Assembly: GCA_035249885.1 (NCBI GenBank)
Contig: DATFFV010000103.1
Coordinates: 1 to 34,013 of the forward strand
From: Gammaproteobacteria bacterium
Lineage (GTDB): Bacteria; Pseudomonadota; Gammaproteobacteria; Steroidobacterales; Rariloculaceae
Direction of reading: 5' to 3'
Length of the DNA: 34,013 nucleotides
Shown: one piece after another, positions 23,272-34,013 of the stretch
Numbering within the stretch: position 1 is the stretch's first letter
Layout: each line of letters starts with the position of its first letter
The notes under the pieces: model-generated
What the model saw: the letters and a program-made list of their open reading frames with translations, nothing else
Databases searched by the model: none
What the model was told of the DNA's origin: nothing
Translations under genes and position numbers: made by a program

Positions 23272-24735
23272 ATGACGGACCAAGTGGGTATCAGCGGCTT
23301 TGCCGTCTACGTGCCGCCTTACCGAGTCGACCTCGAGTCATGGTGTCGCTGGACCAACAACGTCTGGGACAAGACCCGTGCCGTCGTCGGTCACAGCTTC
23401 AGGATGCGCGGTCCCGCGCAGAGCGTCTACACCATGGCGGCCACGGCCGTCATGCGGCTCATCGACCGTTACGACGTCGATCCGTCCCGGGTCGGCTTCC
23501 TGGCGTTGGGCACGGAATCGAGCACCGACAACTCGGCCGGTGCCGTGATCGTCAAGGGCATGCTCGACGAAGGCCTCCACGCGCGGGGGCGCCCGCCGCT
23601 GGCGCGCCACTGCGAAGTCCCCGAGGTCAAGCACGCGTGCCTCGGCGGCGTCTACGCCTTGAAGCACGCCCTGCGCTATCTGGCGCTCGATACGGACGAC
23701 CGCTGTGCGATCGTCGTCAGCGCCGACATCGCCGAGTACGCGCGCGGCAGCTCGGGCGAGCCGACGCAGGGCGCCGGCGCCGTCGCGATGCTCGTCGAGC
23801 GCAACCCGAAGCTGCTCACGATCCATCTCGAGCACATCGGCAGCGCCTCGTCGTATCGCGCCGTCGATTTCCGCAAGCCCGTGCTCCGCAACATCATCCG
23901 CGGCAAGCTCAACTGCCATTTCCAAGATTTGCCGGTCTTCAACGGCAAATATTCGACGACGTGTTATCTCGACGAGACGCTGCACGCGCTCAACGACATG
24001 GCCCGGCGCATGGGCCGCGACCCGTCCGACTACTATCGCGAGCTCGCCGCCATCTTCATGCACCGTCCTTATCACCGCATGCCGGAGCAGTCGTTCGCGA
24101 TGAGCTACTTGTTCGGCCTGGCGCAGGATGGCGCACGCGGCCGCGAGGAGCTCGCGCAGCACTGCGGGCGCGCCAACATGCCCGTCGCGGCCGTGCTCGA
24201 GGAAATGCGCTCGCAGCCGAACATCCTGCAGTTCGTCAAGGACGGCAACATCGACGCCGACGCTTATCCCTTGAGCATCCAGCTGCTCAAGGAATTCCGG
24301 AACAGCAAGGAGTTCAGCGCGCTCGTCGCGGCGAAGATGTCGCTCGGCTCCGAGCCCATGAAAGACATCGGCAACGTCTATTGCGCAGCGCTGCCGGCGT
24401 GGATGGCGGCCGGGCTCGAGGACGCGCACGTGCGCGGCGCCGACCTCGCGGGACGCAAAATGCTCGCGGTCGGCTATGGCAGCGGCGACGCCGCCGAGGC
24501 GCTGCCGATGACCGTGGCCAAGACCTGGCGGCAGGCCGCGGCCAAGATCGGCTTCGAGGCCGCGCTCGAGCCGTATCAGGATCTCACGCAGGCGCAATAC
24601 GAGAACCTGCACGACACCGGCACGGCGCAAGGCCTGCACGATCCCGAAGAGGGCTTCGTGATTCAGTCGATCGGCAGCAGCGCGAACGCGAAGTTCAGCG
24701 ACGAGGGCATCGAGTACTACCGCTTCGTGCGCTGA
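23272..24735 (+). CDS. mvaS: Hydroxymethylglutaryl-CoA synthase family protein (long form, 487 aa)
   Basis: HMGS-like catalytic elements are present: LGTESSTDNS (Glu), KHACLGGVYAL (Cys), FMHRPYHRMP (His), IGNVYCAALP, VGYGSG. Mevalonate-pathway genes lie nearby. Confidence 0.75.
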   Translation: MTDQVGISGFAVYVPPYRVDLESWCRWTNNVWDKTRAVVGHSFRMRGPAQSVYTMAATAVMRLIDRYDVDPSRVGFLALGTESSTDNSAGAVIVKGMLDEGLHARGRPPLARHCEVPEVKHACLGGVYALKHALRYLALDTDDRCAIVVSADIAEYARGSSGEPTQGAGAVAMLVERNPKLLTIHLEHIGSASSYRAVDFRKPVLRNIIRGKLNCHFQDLPVFNGKYSTTCYLDETLHALNDMARRMGRDPSDYYRELAAIFMHRPYHRMPEQSFAMSYLFGLAQDGARGREELAQHCGRANMPVAAVLEEMRSQPNILQFVKDGNIDADAYPLSIQLLKEFRNSKEFSALVAAKMSLGSEPMKDIGNVYCAALPAWMAAGLEDAHVRGADLAGRKMLAVGYGSGDAAEALPMTVAKTWRQAAAKIGFEAALEPYQDLTQAQYENLHDTGTAQGLHDPEEGFVIQSIGSSANAKFSDEGIEYYRFVR

Positions 24736-24750
24736 GCGCGTTCCAGCCGC

Positions 24751-25386
24751 TCAATTCGCTCCGAGCTCCTCCGTCTGCGCGTCGAGCTCGGCGAGCAACC
24801 CTTCGAGCCCGCCCCTCGCGAACACGCGTTGATATTCCGCGCGCTTGAGCGCGAGGTCGCTGACGCCGTCGGCGATGATGTTGATGATGCGCCAGTCGCC
24901 GCCGGCATCTCGCTCGAGCAGATACTCGAGCGTCACGTCGGGCTGGCCACCGCGCGCGACCGCGGTCGACACTTGCACCCTGCCGCCCGCGCCCGCGGCC
25001 CCGGGCGCGATCGCTCGGAAGGTATCGGGCGCCACGTTCGCGAACCGCGACGCATACGTCATGACGCTCAGGCGCTGAAACGCCGCAACGAACCGCTGCC
25101 GGTCGGCGTCACCGAGCGAAGCCCACTGCCTGCGCAATGCGAACTCGGCGATGTACGGCAGGTCGTGCGTGGCGACGATGAGCGGCTCGAGCGCGCGGTA
25201 GCGCGCATCGACGCCGGTGCTTGCTTGGGCGCGAGCGGCCGCGACGAGCCCTGCTTGCAGCGTTGCGACGACGGCCTCGGGCGAGCCTGCAGGCCAGTCG
25301 GTGGCGCGGGCTTCCTCGACGCCGGCCATGAACACGAGGAATAGGGTCAGGACGCGGCTGACAACCCTTGGGTGCCTGTGGTTCAT
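24751..25386 (-). CDS. MlaC/Ttg2D-family periplasmic lipid-binding protein (HpnM-like by context)
   Basis: Start at ATG 25384..25386 (MNHRHPRVVSRVLTLFLVFMAGVEEARA signal). The body ...FALRRQWASLGDADRQRFVAAFQRLSVMTYASRF... follows the MlaC-family pattern. The 97 upstream codons of the ORF-track model are Arg-rich filler. Confidence 0.65.
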   Translation of the reverse strand: MNHRHPRVVSRVLTLFLVFMAGVEEARATDWPAGSPEAVVATLQAGLVAAARAQASTGVDARYRALEPLIVATHDLPYIAEFALRRQWASLGDADRQRFVAAFQRLSVMTYASRFANVAPDTFRAIAPGAAGAGGRVQVSTAVARGGQPDVTLEYLLERDAGGDWRIINIIADGVSDLALKRAEYQRVFARGGLEGLLAELDAQTEELGAN

Positions 25387-25436
25387 GTCACCGATTGTTT
25401 CACGACACTCGACGCGTCGGCCAGTCGGCGTTCCCG

Positions 25437-25766
25437 CTACCAACCGAGGCCGAGCTCGAGCGCGAGCAGCACGCTCGTGCCGACGACGATCACGCCGAGG
25501 ATGCCGCGCTGCCAGACGAAGTATGCCGTGCCGGCCGCGACCGCGAATAGGCGCGCGTCCTGCCACGTACTGATGAGCGCGCCGTCGGACACGAGCACCT
25601 CGGGCGCGATGATGGCCGCGAGCGCCGCGAGCGGCGCGTAGCGCAAGCCTTGCATGACCCAAGACGGCAACGGCCACTCACGATGCGTGAGCAGGAAGAA
25701 GCTGCGCGTGACAACGGTGATCGCGGCCATCCCTACGATGACGACGAATGCTACCGAGGGCGACAT
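25437..25766 (-). CDS. azlD: AzlD-family branched-chain amino acid transport protein
   Basis: 109-aa hydrophobic protein (MSPSVAFVVIVGMAAITVVTRSFFLL...). Its ATG overlaps the azlC stop (ATGA at 25764..25768). Confidence 0.75.
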   Translation of the reverse strand: MSPSVAFVVIVGMAAITVVTRSFFLLTHREWPLPSWVMQGLRYAPLAALAAIIAPEVLVSDGALISTWQDARLFAVAAGTAYFVWQRGILGVIVVGTSVLLALELGLGW

Positions 25767-26470
25767 CAGGCGCGCTCCTCGATGCGGTCGGGCCATTTCC
25801 GATCGAGCAGGAGCCCGATGGCGACGCCGGCCGCGATCGCAACGACGACGTTGAGCCGCAGCGGCAACGCGAAGGCCGCGACGGCGACGATCGCAGCCGC
25901 GACGGCCGCGATCCAGCTCTTGCGTCCCGACAGCGTCGAGTACGCGAGGCCAAGCAGCGCCAGCACACCGGCGAACCCGAGTCCCCACTCTTCGGGCACG
26001 CGATCCGCGAGCACGATGCCGACGAACGCCGGGATCTGCCAGCTGAGCCAACTCCACGTCGCACTGCCGAGGTAGTACGGAATCTGCTCGGGCTTAGGTC
26101 TGAGTTCCGGGAAACGCCGCAAGAACAACACGTAGCTCAGGTCGGTGGCGAGATACGTCAGCAGCAACCGCCGTGTGCGCGGCAAGTGACCGAAATACTT
26201 GCGCCAGTGTGCGCTGAAGATCACGAAGCGCAAGTTCATGCACGCCGCCGTCGCCCAAATGACCCAGATCGGCGCGCCCGCGGCGATGAGCGGCAACGCC
26301 GCGAGCTGCGCGCTGCCCGCGTAGACGGTGAGGCTCATGAGCGCGGCGAGCGGCACGGACAGCCCGCTCTTGATCATCGCGACGCCCGTGACGAGCGCCC
26401 ACGCCGAGATGCCGAGCGACGGCGCGACGATGTCGCGCAGTCCACGCCGAAACTCGTCGCGGCGGCTCAA
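25766..26470 (-). CDS. azlC: AzlC-family branched-chain amino acid permease
   Basis: ...VYAGSAQLAALPLIAAGAPIW...CMNLRFVIFS... is the typical AzlC signature. Multi-TM protein with a TTG start at 26470. Confidence 0.8.
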   Translation of the reverse strand: MSRRDEFRRGLRDIVAPSLGISAWALVTGVAMIKSGLSVPLAALMSLTVYAGSAQLAALPLIAAGAPIWVIWATAACMNLRFVIFSAHWRKYFGHLPRTRRLLLTYLATDLSYVLFLRRFPELRPKPEQIPYYLGSATWSWLSWQIPAFVGIVLADRVPEEWGLGFAGVLALLGLAYSTLSGRKSWIAAVAAAIVAVAAFALPLRLNVVVAIAAGVAIGLLLDRKWPDRIEERA

Positions 26471-26532
26471 GATGGGCAGGGCTCGACGTCGGTCGCGTTC
26501 ATGAGTGATGCAGATCCGGCAACCTTGACGTT

Positions 26533-27792
26533 TTAGCGCGCCGACTCGACGTAGTAACGCAAACGGAACGGCGCGTCGCCGTCGCTCGTCGGACGCGGGC
26601 GGAAGCGGCTCGAGCCCACGGCTCTCTCGACGTCCTTGCTCACACTGCGCAGCGACTCCGAGGACATGCCGACGACGTCGATCTTGCGCGCTACGCCGTA
26701 CTTACTGACCTCGAACGCGACGTCGACGTAACCTGCGTCTTTAGGGAGGCTCTCGGACGCCGCGAGCGGGTTCGATGCGAACGTGGGGAGTCGAACCGGC
26801 TCGTCGGCGGGAAACAGAGCGCGAATCTCGGCCTCGGACACGTTTCCTCTCTTGAGCAGCGCATACGCTTCGTCGTAGCGGTCCACGGCGGCGCCGTTGT
26901 ACGAGAACAGCAAATCCCAATCCGCGAGCTCGACGAGCGCGTTGGCGAAGTCGAGTGCCTCCCCCGAGTTGATGACGCTATAAGCCACGCGGCGGCGGTA
27001 GCTCTCGCGCCCCATGCCATGCAACCGCCCGTCACGCGGGTAGTCGCGCTCCGAGGCTTCGAGGTAGTAGCTGCGCGTGAGGCTGCGCTCGAGCTCGAGC
27101 AGATCCTCATGTCCGTAGCTCTCGTTGCGCAGAATGCTCCGGATCGCGGCGTTGTAGTTGGCGCGGGCGCCCCAGGCACCGAAGCGCCGACCGCCGCCGT
27201 TTGACCCGAAGCCACGCTGCCGGTCTCCGCGCGTTGGACCGAAGTCGGTTTGCGACACGTTGACTTCGAGCTGCCCCGGAATGTCGCCCGCAAGGTAGCG
27301 CTCGTAGAGCGCGAGCTGACGGTCGCCGGCCTCGCGAAAGATCGGCACGCTCCGCAAATCGTCGCTGCTGCGCCGCGCGACCTCGAGCATGCGGCGCTCG
27401 AGCTCGAAGGCCTCGGACACCCTGCCGAGCGCCGCTTCGTTGAGCATGAGTTGCTTGAGCAGCGGCACCTGCTCGAACGAGTAGAGACCCTCGTTGGCGC
27501 GCCGAACTTGCAGAGCGCGCTCGAGCACGTCGACGGCGAGATCGCTGCGTCCGTATTCCTGATGAGTCAAGCCGAGCGCCACGAGCAGCTCGACGAGCGC
27601 GGGCGAGAACGCGCCATTGCGAGACTGTTCCGCAGCGATGCGCGCCTCGTAGTCGTCCTTGAGATTGGTCCACTCCTGGAGCGCGCTGCGGCTCTCGGCA
27701 AGCGACGGCTCGCCGTCCGTAGCCGGCTGCGCAACGACCGCGCCAGTGAGCAGGGTGAGCAACACGAGGGCGAAGGGGCTGCGCATAGCCAT
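26533..27792 (-). CDS. Secreted hypothetical protein with helical-repeat (TPR-like) N-region and TonB-C-like C-terminal domain
   Basis: Signal peptide MAMRSPFALVLLTLLTGAVVAQP (start chosen at ATG 27790..27792). The C-terminus YVDVAFEVSKYGVARKIDVVGMSSESLRSVSKDVERAVGSSRFRPRP resembles the TonB C-terminal fold pattern. Confidence 0.55.
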   Translation of the reverse strand: MAMRSPFALVLLTLLTGAVVAQPATDGEPSLAESRSALQEWTNLKDDYEARIAAEQSRNGAFSPALVELLVALGLTHQEYGRSDLAVDVLERALQVRRANEGLYSFEQVPLLKQLMLNEAALGRVSEAFELERRMLEVARRSSDDLRSVPIFREAGDRQLALYERYLAGDIPGQLEVNVSQTDFGPTRGDRQRGFGSNGGGRRFGAWGARANYNAAIRSILRNESYGHEDLLELERSLTRSYYLEASERDYPRDGRLHGMGRESYRRRVAYSVINSGEALDFANALVELADWDLLFSYNGAAVDRYDEAYALLKRGNVSEAEIRALFPADEPVRLPTFASNPLAASESLPKDAGYVDVAFEVSKYGVARKIDVVGMSSESLRSVSKDVERAVGSSRFRPRPTSDGDAPFRLRYYVESAR

Positions 27793-27903
27793 TTCGGCTG
27801 ACCGCTCCAACTCATCAACGGAAGTCGGGCAACCTCACGTTACGAGAAGCCGCCACGGCGATCAACAGAGCCGCGGCGGAGCCGCGTTCGACGAGCCGTG
27901 TCT

Positions 27904-29052
27904 TCAAGGCGATCGCCCGTACGCCCGCGCCTTCCAGCTCGCCCGCGTGCCGCGCCAATAGCCGACGGCCGAGCTCACCGTCATGGCGAGAAACAACGCG
28001 CCCGCGCCCGGAAGCGTCAGCGCCCAGACGAGCGGCAGCCGGTAGAAGCGGACGAGCGGCGAGTAAGCGGCCGCCATCGCCAGCCAGCCCGCGAGCGCGA
28101 GCGCCGCTAACGTGAAGTCGCCCGTGGCGGCCGCGACGATCGTGCCGATCGCGGGCGCGATCAACGTCGCAACCATGAGCACGATCGCGAGCAGCAAGCA
28201 CGCCGTCGAGTACTTGAGCTGCGTGAACGCGCTGCGGCTCACCATGCTCCAGAAATCGCCGAGCTCCAGGTACTCGCGCAGGCTGCGCACCGAGTGGGTC
28301 ATGCCGAGCCAGATCGGCGGGCGCGTGCGCTTGAGCGCAGCGGCCAGCGTGCAGTCGTCGATGAGCGCGCCGCGGATCGCGGCGAAGCCGCCGATGGCGC
28401 GCAGCGCGTCGCTGCGGACGAGCATGCAGCCGCCGGCCGCCGCCGCCGTGCGCCGGCGCGGATCGTTGCTCCAAACGAAGGGGTAAAGCAGCTTGAAGAA
28501 GAACACGAACGCCGGTGTCAACAGCCGCTCCCAGAAGCCGGTGCAGTGGAGCTCCGCCAAGAGCGACACGAGGCTTGCGTCGCGTGCCCGAGCCTCGCGC
28601 AGCAGCGTCGAGACGAGGCCCCGTGCGACTTCGATGTCCGCATCGAGCAATAAGACGAACGGCCGGTCGACAGCGGCGAGCCCCTGCTCGAGCGCCCAGG
28701 GCTTGCCGGCCCAACCCTCCGGCAGCGGCCGCCCGGCGATGACACGCAGCTCGAGCGCGCCGCGGGCCGCAGTCGCGGCCGCCCTAGCGGCCTCGGCCGT
28801 TCCGTCGCTCGACTCGTCGTCGACGACGATGACGTCGAGTCCACGCCCCTGCGCCGCCAGCCCACCGATGGCACGGCCGATCGAGGTCGCTTCGTCGCGC
28901 GCCGGGATGAGCACGGTGACCGACGCGCAATCGTCCTCTGCCGTGGGATCGGCTTCGAGCCGCTCACGCGTGCGATGGGGCTGGTGCGGCGCAACCAGCA
29001 CGCCGACCCACGCGAGCAGCGCGAACATGCAAACGGCAATTAGCGCCGTCAC
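27904..29052 (-). CDS. Family-2 glycosyltransferase with membrane anchor and C-terminal TM segments (HpnB-like by context)
   Basis: VTVLIPARDEATSIGRAIGGLAAQ...VIVVDDESSDGT, ...LLLDADIEV (DxD), and hydrophobic N- and C-termini. Start at GTG 29050..29052 or ATG 29028. The ORF-track start at 29307 would run through the inverted-repeat element. Confidence 0.7.
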   Translation of the reverse strand: MTALIAVCMFALLAWVGVLVAPHQPHRTRERLEADPTAEDDCASVTVLIPARDEATSIGRAIGGLAAQGRGLDVIVVDDESSDGTAEAARAAATAARGALELRVIAGRPLPEGWAGKPWALEQGLAAVDRPFVLLLDADIEVARGLVSTLLREARARDASLVSLLAELHCTGFWERLLTPAFVFFFKLLYPFVWSNDPRRRTAAAAGGCMLVRSDALRAIGGFAAIRGALIDDCTLAAALKRTRPPIWLGMTHSVRSLREYLELGDFWSMVSRSAFTQLKYSTACLLLAIVLMVATLIAPAIGTIVAAATGDFTLAALALAGWLAMAAAYSPLVRFYRLPLVWALTLPGAGALFLAMTVSSAVGYWRGTRASWKARAYGRSP

Positions 29053-29069
29053 GCGAGCATGCCTGAGGA

Positions 29070-29244
29070 GGATTTCTCGTCGCGTGCAATGCGGCCCTTT
29101 CGAGACCGTCGGCGCACAGGGGCAGCAATTTGCTCCTGCAATTGCTGCACGCCGCCATCCATGGCGGCGATGTGCGCCGACGAGCCCCAGGGACGGTCTT
29201 CCGGCGTGTCTCGAAAGGGCCGCATTGCGCGCGGCGAGAAATCC
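29070..29244. repeat. 175-nt nested inverted-repeat element (37-bp outer arms enclosing a three-way junction)
   Basis: The outer arms 29070..29106 and 29208..29244 pair at 35 Watson-Crick positions plus 2 T:G positions out of 37. An inner perfect 12-bp stem (29107..29118 / 29171..29182) encloses two hairpins, at 29122..29130/29140..29148 and at 29150..29158/29161..29169. Confidence 0.8.
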
Positions 29245-29248
29245 GGGG

Positions 29249-30364
29249 TTACGACTTGCGGTTGATGCGCCCGATCTGATCGACGGGAATCGCGATGCCC
29301 GGAGCACCGCTGTGCAGCACGGGCAACTCGGGCGCCATCTCGCCTTCGAGCCGCGGCCCGAACAGGAACACGTTGAGCGCCGTGAGCGGGCTCGCGATCG
29401 TGTGCTCGACGGCGGTACCTTCGTAGCCGCAGTGCGCCATGCAGTTGTCGCACTTGGGATTGCGGCCGACGCCGTACTTATCCCACTCCGTGGTCTCCAT
29501 GAGCTCCTTGAAGCTCTTGGCGTAGCCTTCGTCGACGAGCAAGTAACACGGCTTCTGCCAGCCGAACACGTTGTATGTGGGGTTCGCCCACGGCGTGCAC
29601 TGATAGCTCTGATTGCCGGCCAGGAAGTCGACGAACAGGCTCGACTGATTGAAGTGCCACTTGCTGCCGCGCTTCTTGCCGATCTTGAAGATCTCGCGGA
29701 ACAGCTCCTTCGACTTCTTGCGCCCCAAAAACACGTCCTGACGCGGCGCGTGCTGATAGCTGTAGCCCGGCGACATCATGACGCCTTCGACGCCGAGCGT
29801 GTTCGTGAAGTCGAAGAAATTCGCGACGTCCTCGGGATCCTCACCGGCGTACAGCGTGCAGTTCGCCGTGACGCGGAAGCCCCTCGCGCGCGCAGCCTTG
29901 ATCGCGGACACGGCCCTGTCGAACGTGCCGTCGCGGCACACGGACGCGTCGTGGCGGTCGCGATTGCCGTCCAAGTGAATCGAGAACGTCAGGTACGGCG
30001 ACGGCTTGTACTGATCGAGCTTCTGCTCGAGTAGCAGCGCGTTCGTGCACAGGTAGACGAATTTCTTGCGTGCGATGATGCCCTCGACGATCTGCGGCAT
30101 CTCCTTGTGAATGAGCGGCTCGCCGCCCGGAATCGAGACGACCGGAGCGCCGCACTCGTCGACGGCCTTGAGCGCGTCCTCGACCGACATGCGCTTGCGC
30201 AGGATCTCATCGGGGTAGTCGATCTTGCCGCAGCCCGAGCACGCGAGGTTGCACTGGAACAGCGGCTCGAGCATGAGCACGAGCGGATAGCGCTTCACGC
30301 CCTTCAGCTTCTGCTCGAGGATGTAGCGCGCGATGCGATATGCCTGTACGACCGGAATACTCAT
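29249..30364 (-). CDS. hpnH: Adenosyl-hopene transferase HpnH (hopanoid side-chain radical SAM enzyme)
   Basis: KRYPLVLMLEPLFQCNLACSGCGKIDYP (CxxxCxxC), VSIPGGEPL, CTNALLL, SIHLDG.RD.HD, FLAGNQSYQCTPWANPT.NVFGWQKPCYL, and CDNCMAHCGYE. There is near-collinear motif agreement with HpnH as I remember it. Confidence 0.9.
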   Translation of the reverse strand: MSIPVVQAYRIARYILEQKLKGVKRYPLVLMLEPLFQCNLACSGCGKIDYPDEILRKRMSVEDALKAVDECGAPVVSIPGGEPLIHKEMPQIVEGIIARKKFVYLCTNALLLEQKLDQYKPSPYLTFSIHLDGNRDRHDASVCRDGTFDRAVSAIKAARARGFRVTANCTLYAGEDPEDVANFFDFTNTLGVEGVMMSPGYSYQHAPRQDVFLGRKKSKELFREIFKIGKKRGSKWHFNQSSLFVDFLAGNQSYQCTPWANPTYNVFGWQKPCYLLVDEGYAKSFKELMETTEWDKYGVGRNPKCDNCMAHCGYEGTAVEHTIASPLTALNVFLFGPRLEGEMAPELPVLHSGAPGIAIPVDQIGRINRKS

Positions 30365-30384
30365 TCAATCTCCTGATTCTTCGC

Positions 30385-30949
30385 TTAGCCGTCCGTGCCG
30401 GTGCCGACCAACATGCCGTCCAAGTAGTTGGCCTTGATGTGCACCCACTCCATCTTGAACCATGGCGTGAACGTCTCGGGCGCGGTTATGAGCTCGCGCT
30501 CGAGCGCCTCGACACCGACGAACCGCCACGCGGCGATCTCAGTCACGTTGGCGTCCACGGGGCCGTCGTAGCGGCCGAAGTATACCGAGCATAGCTCGTG
30601 CTCGGCGCCCACCGTGCCGAACTGTGCATGGTATTTGAACTTGTAGAGATACTCGAGCGGACACGTGAAACCGAGCTCCTGCGTGAGGCGCCGCGCGACC
30701 GCCACGCCGAGCACCTCGCCCCGGCGCGGGTGCGAGCAGCACGTATTCGACCAGAAACCCGGCCAGAGCATCTTGCTCAAGCTGCGCTGCTGGAGCAGGA
30801 GCTCGTTGTCACTGTTGAAGACGAAGATCGAGAACGCGCGATGCAAGACGCCGTATCCCAAGTGGCAATCGGCCTTGGGCTTGAAGCCGATCTCGCGATC
30901 TTGATCGTCGACGAGGATCAGCTGCTCGCTTGCGTTCGAGACGATCTCG

Positions 30950-30960
<11 letters not shown>
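30385..30960 (-). CDS. idi: Isopentenyl-diphosphate delta-isomerase, type 1 (Nudix fold)
   Basis: HRAFSIFVFNSDNELLLQQRSLSKMLWPGFWSNTCCSHPRRGE parallels E. coli Idi (LHLAFSSWLFN...[21 protein letters not shown]). The start overlaps the upstream stop by 11 nt. Confidence 0.9.
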
Positions 30961-33222
<2,262 letters not shown>

Positions 33223-33226
<4 letters not shown>

Positions 33227-34013
33227 GGACGCCGCTCCGCGCGCTGCTGCACTACCAGGCCGTGCTCGGCCAGCGAGACGTTGATCACTCGAAAACCCCG
33301 ATCCGTAATCCGCTTCGTGAATGCTGCGAGCGATTCGCTATCGGTGGCACACGCGAGGCCGAGATCGCCCCCACCGGCACCGCTGACCTTGTAGGCGACG
33401 CCAAACCGCCGCGCCTCGTCACCGATCTGCAGATGCTCGGCCGTGACGACCTCTACTCCGATCGCTTCCCCCAAATCCCCAAGACTGCGGCCATAGGCCG
33501 CGAACGCCTCGATCCAGGCGGCGGCATCGTCCCCCCGAGCCGCCGCGCAGCCGGCCTCCGCGAGCGCCGTCAGGCGGCGCAGCAGCGCCGCCGCTTCGGC
33601 CGGCCGATTCAGGCGCCAGGCCCGATAGTGCGCAACCAACTCGGGCGTCGAGGCGGACCGGCCAGCAAAAATACCCGCGAATCCTACACCCTTCGGCAGG
33701 CGGACTGAACCAACTTGGGGCACGCCGGCCGCGTCGAGACTGAATCTGATCGCCCCCCCCGTGTAGCTCGCGGCCACGTCGAGGCCGCTGCCCCTACCCC
33801 CTTGGAACGCCCTGTGCAGGTCGATGAGCCTCGCTAGATCCAAGTCCGCGACGGGCCGGCCTTGGCCACGCGCGAACGCGGCAAACGCCCCGGCCCAAGC
33901 GCAGAGCACCGCCGCGCTCGACCCGAGCCCAAGCTTCTCGCGGCCCGCGAACAGCGCGCGCGAATCGATGCTCGCGGTCCAGGGCAGCGGCGGTGTGACG
34001 GCCGCAGTCACGA
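33223..34013 (-). CDS. Phosphomevalonate kinase (GHMP family), 5' end outside the window
   Basis: GLGSSAAV (GHMP motif II) lies only about 30 aa from the window edge, so the N-terminus is missing. There is also a KVSGAGGGDLGLA motif III. The stop overlaps the ATG of the HMGR::MVK fusion (ATGA at 33223..33226). Confidence 0.65.

Noticed and set aside
23076-24848. 590-aa plus-strand ORF overlapping mvaS in another frame
   Set aside because: It is extremely Arg/Ala/Pro/Gly-rich with no motifs. This is a typical alternative-frame open reading artefact of high-GC DNA. The mvaS frame carries the recognisable catalytic motifs.
29059-29265. 68-aa plus-strand ORF, and the mirrored minus-strand ORF, inside the hpnH-GT2 intergenic region
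   Set aside because: Both ORFs exist only because the region is a long palindrome, which gives mirrored peptides such as SSRAMRPFRD on both strands. Nucleic-acid structure explains the region better than coding does.
28493-30034. 513-aa plus-strand ORF antisense to the GT2 and hpnH genes
   Set aside because: It has low-complexity Ser/Ala/Arg composition. The opposite strand encodes two proteins with clear family motifs.

Overview
This is a high-GC, gene-dense bacterial chromosomal window. Gene content looks Proteobacteria-like, but I cannot assign a taxon from the sequence alone. I support about 30 protein-coding genes, mostly on the minus strand. I recognised no rRNA, tRNA, CRISPR array, transposase or integrase. 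All product calls rest on reading motifs in the supplied translations; no database search was possible.

Functional blocks:
1. 85-5546 (-): catabolic operon of aldehyde dehydrogenase -> MFS transporter -> GH13_18 sucrose-phosphorylase-family enzyme -> secreted family-IV esterase.
2. 5734-7238 (+): lower-GC two-gene module, a small hypothetical protein plus a predicted outer-membrane beta-barrel.
3. 7329-9574 (+): tupBCA-like tungstate ABC transporter.
4. 9757-13492: lower-GC insert. It carries a tightly coupled radical-SAM / PLP-aminotransferase / TylM1-like methyltransferase operon, divergent from a Nudix-wHTH (NrtR-like) regulator with a degenerate Nudix box. The shared intergenic region holds a palindromic operator and repeats.
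5. 13687-22637 (-): one long operon of an FMN 2-hydroxyacid dehydrogenase, fdhD, moeA, a fused NuoE/NuoF-like FDH beta subunit, a Cys-type FDH alpha subunit, mobB and mobA.
6. 23272-34013: mevalonate-pathway genes interleaved with hopanoid side-chain genes. The mevalonate genes are HMG-CoA synthase, an HMG-CoA reductase::mevalonate kinase fusion, phosphomevalonate kinase and idi. The hopanoid-type genes are hpnH, an HpnB-like GT2 and an HpnM/MlaC-like protein.

Best candidates for something undescribed:
- The orphan rSAM-aminotransferase-methyltransferase cassette with its NrtR-like regulator.
- The HMGR::MVK fusion within a mixed mevalonate/hopanoid cluster.
- A ~175-nt multi-branched inverted-repeat element between hpnH and the glycosyltransferase.
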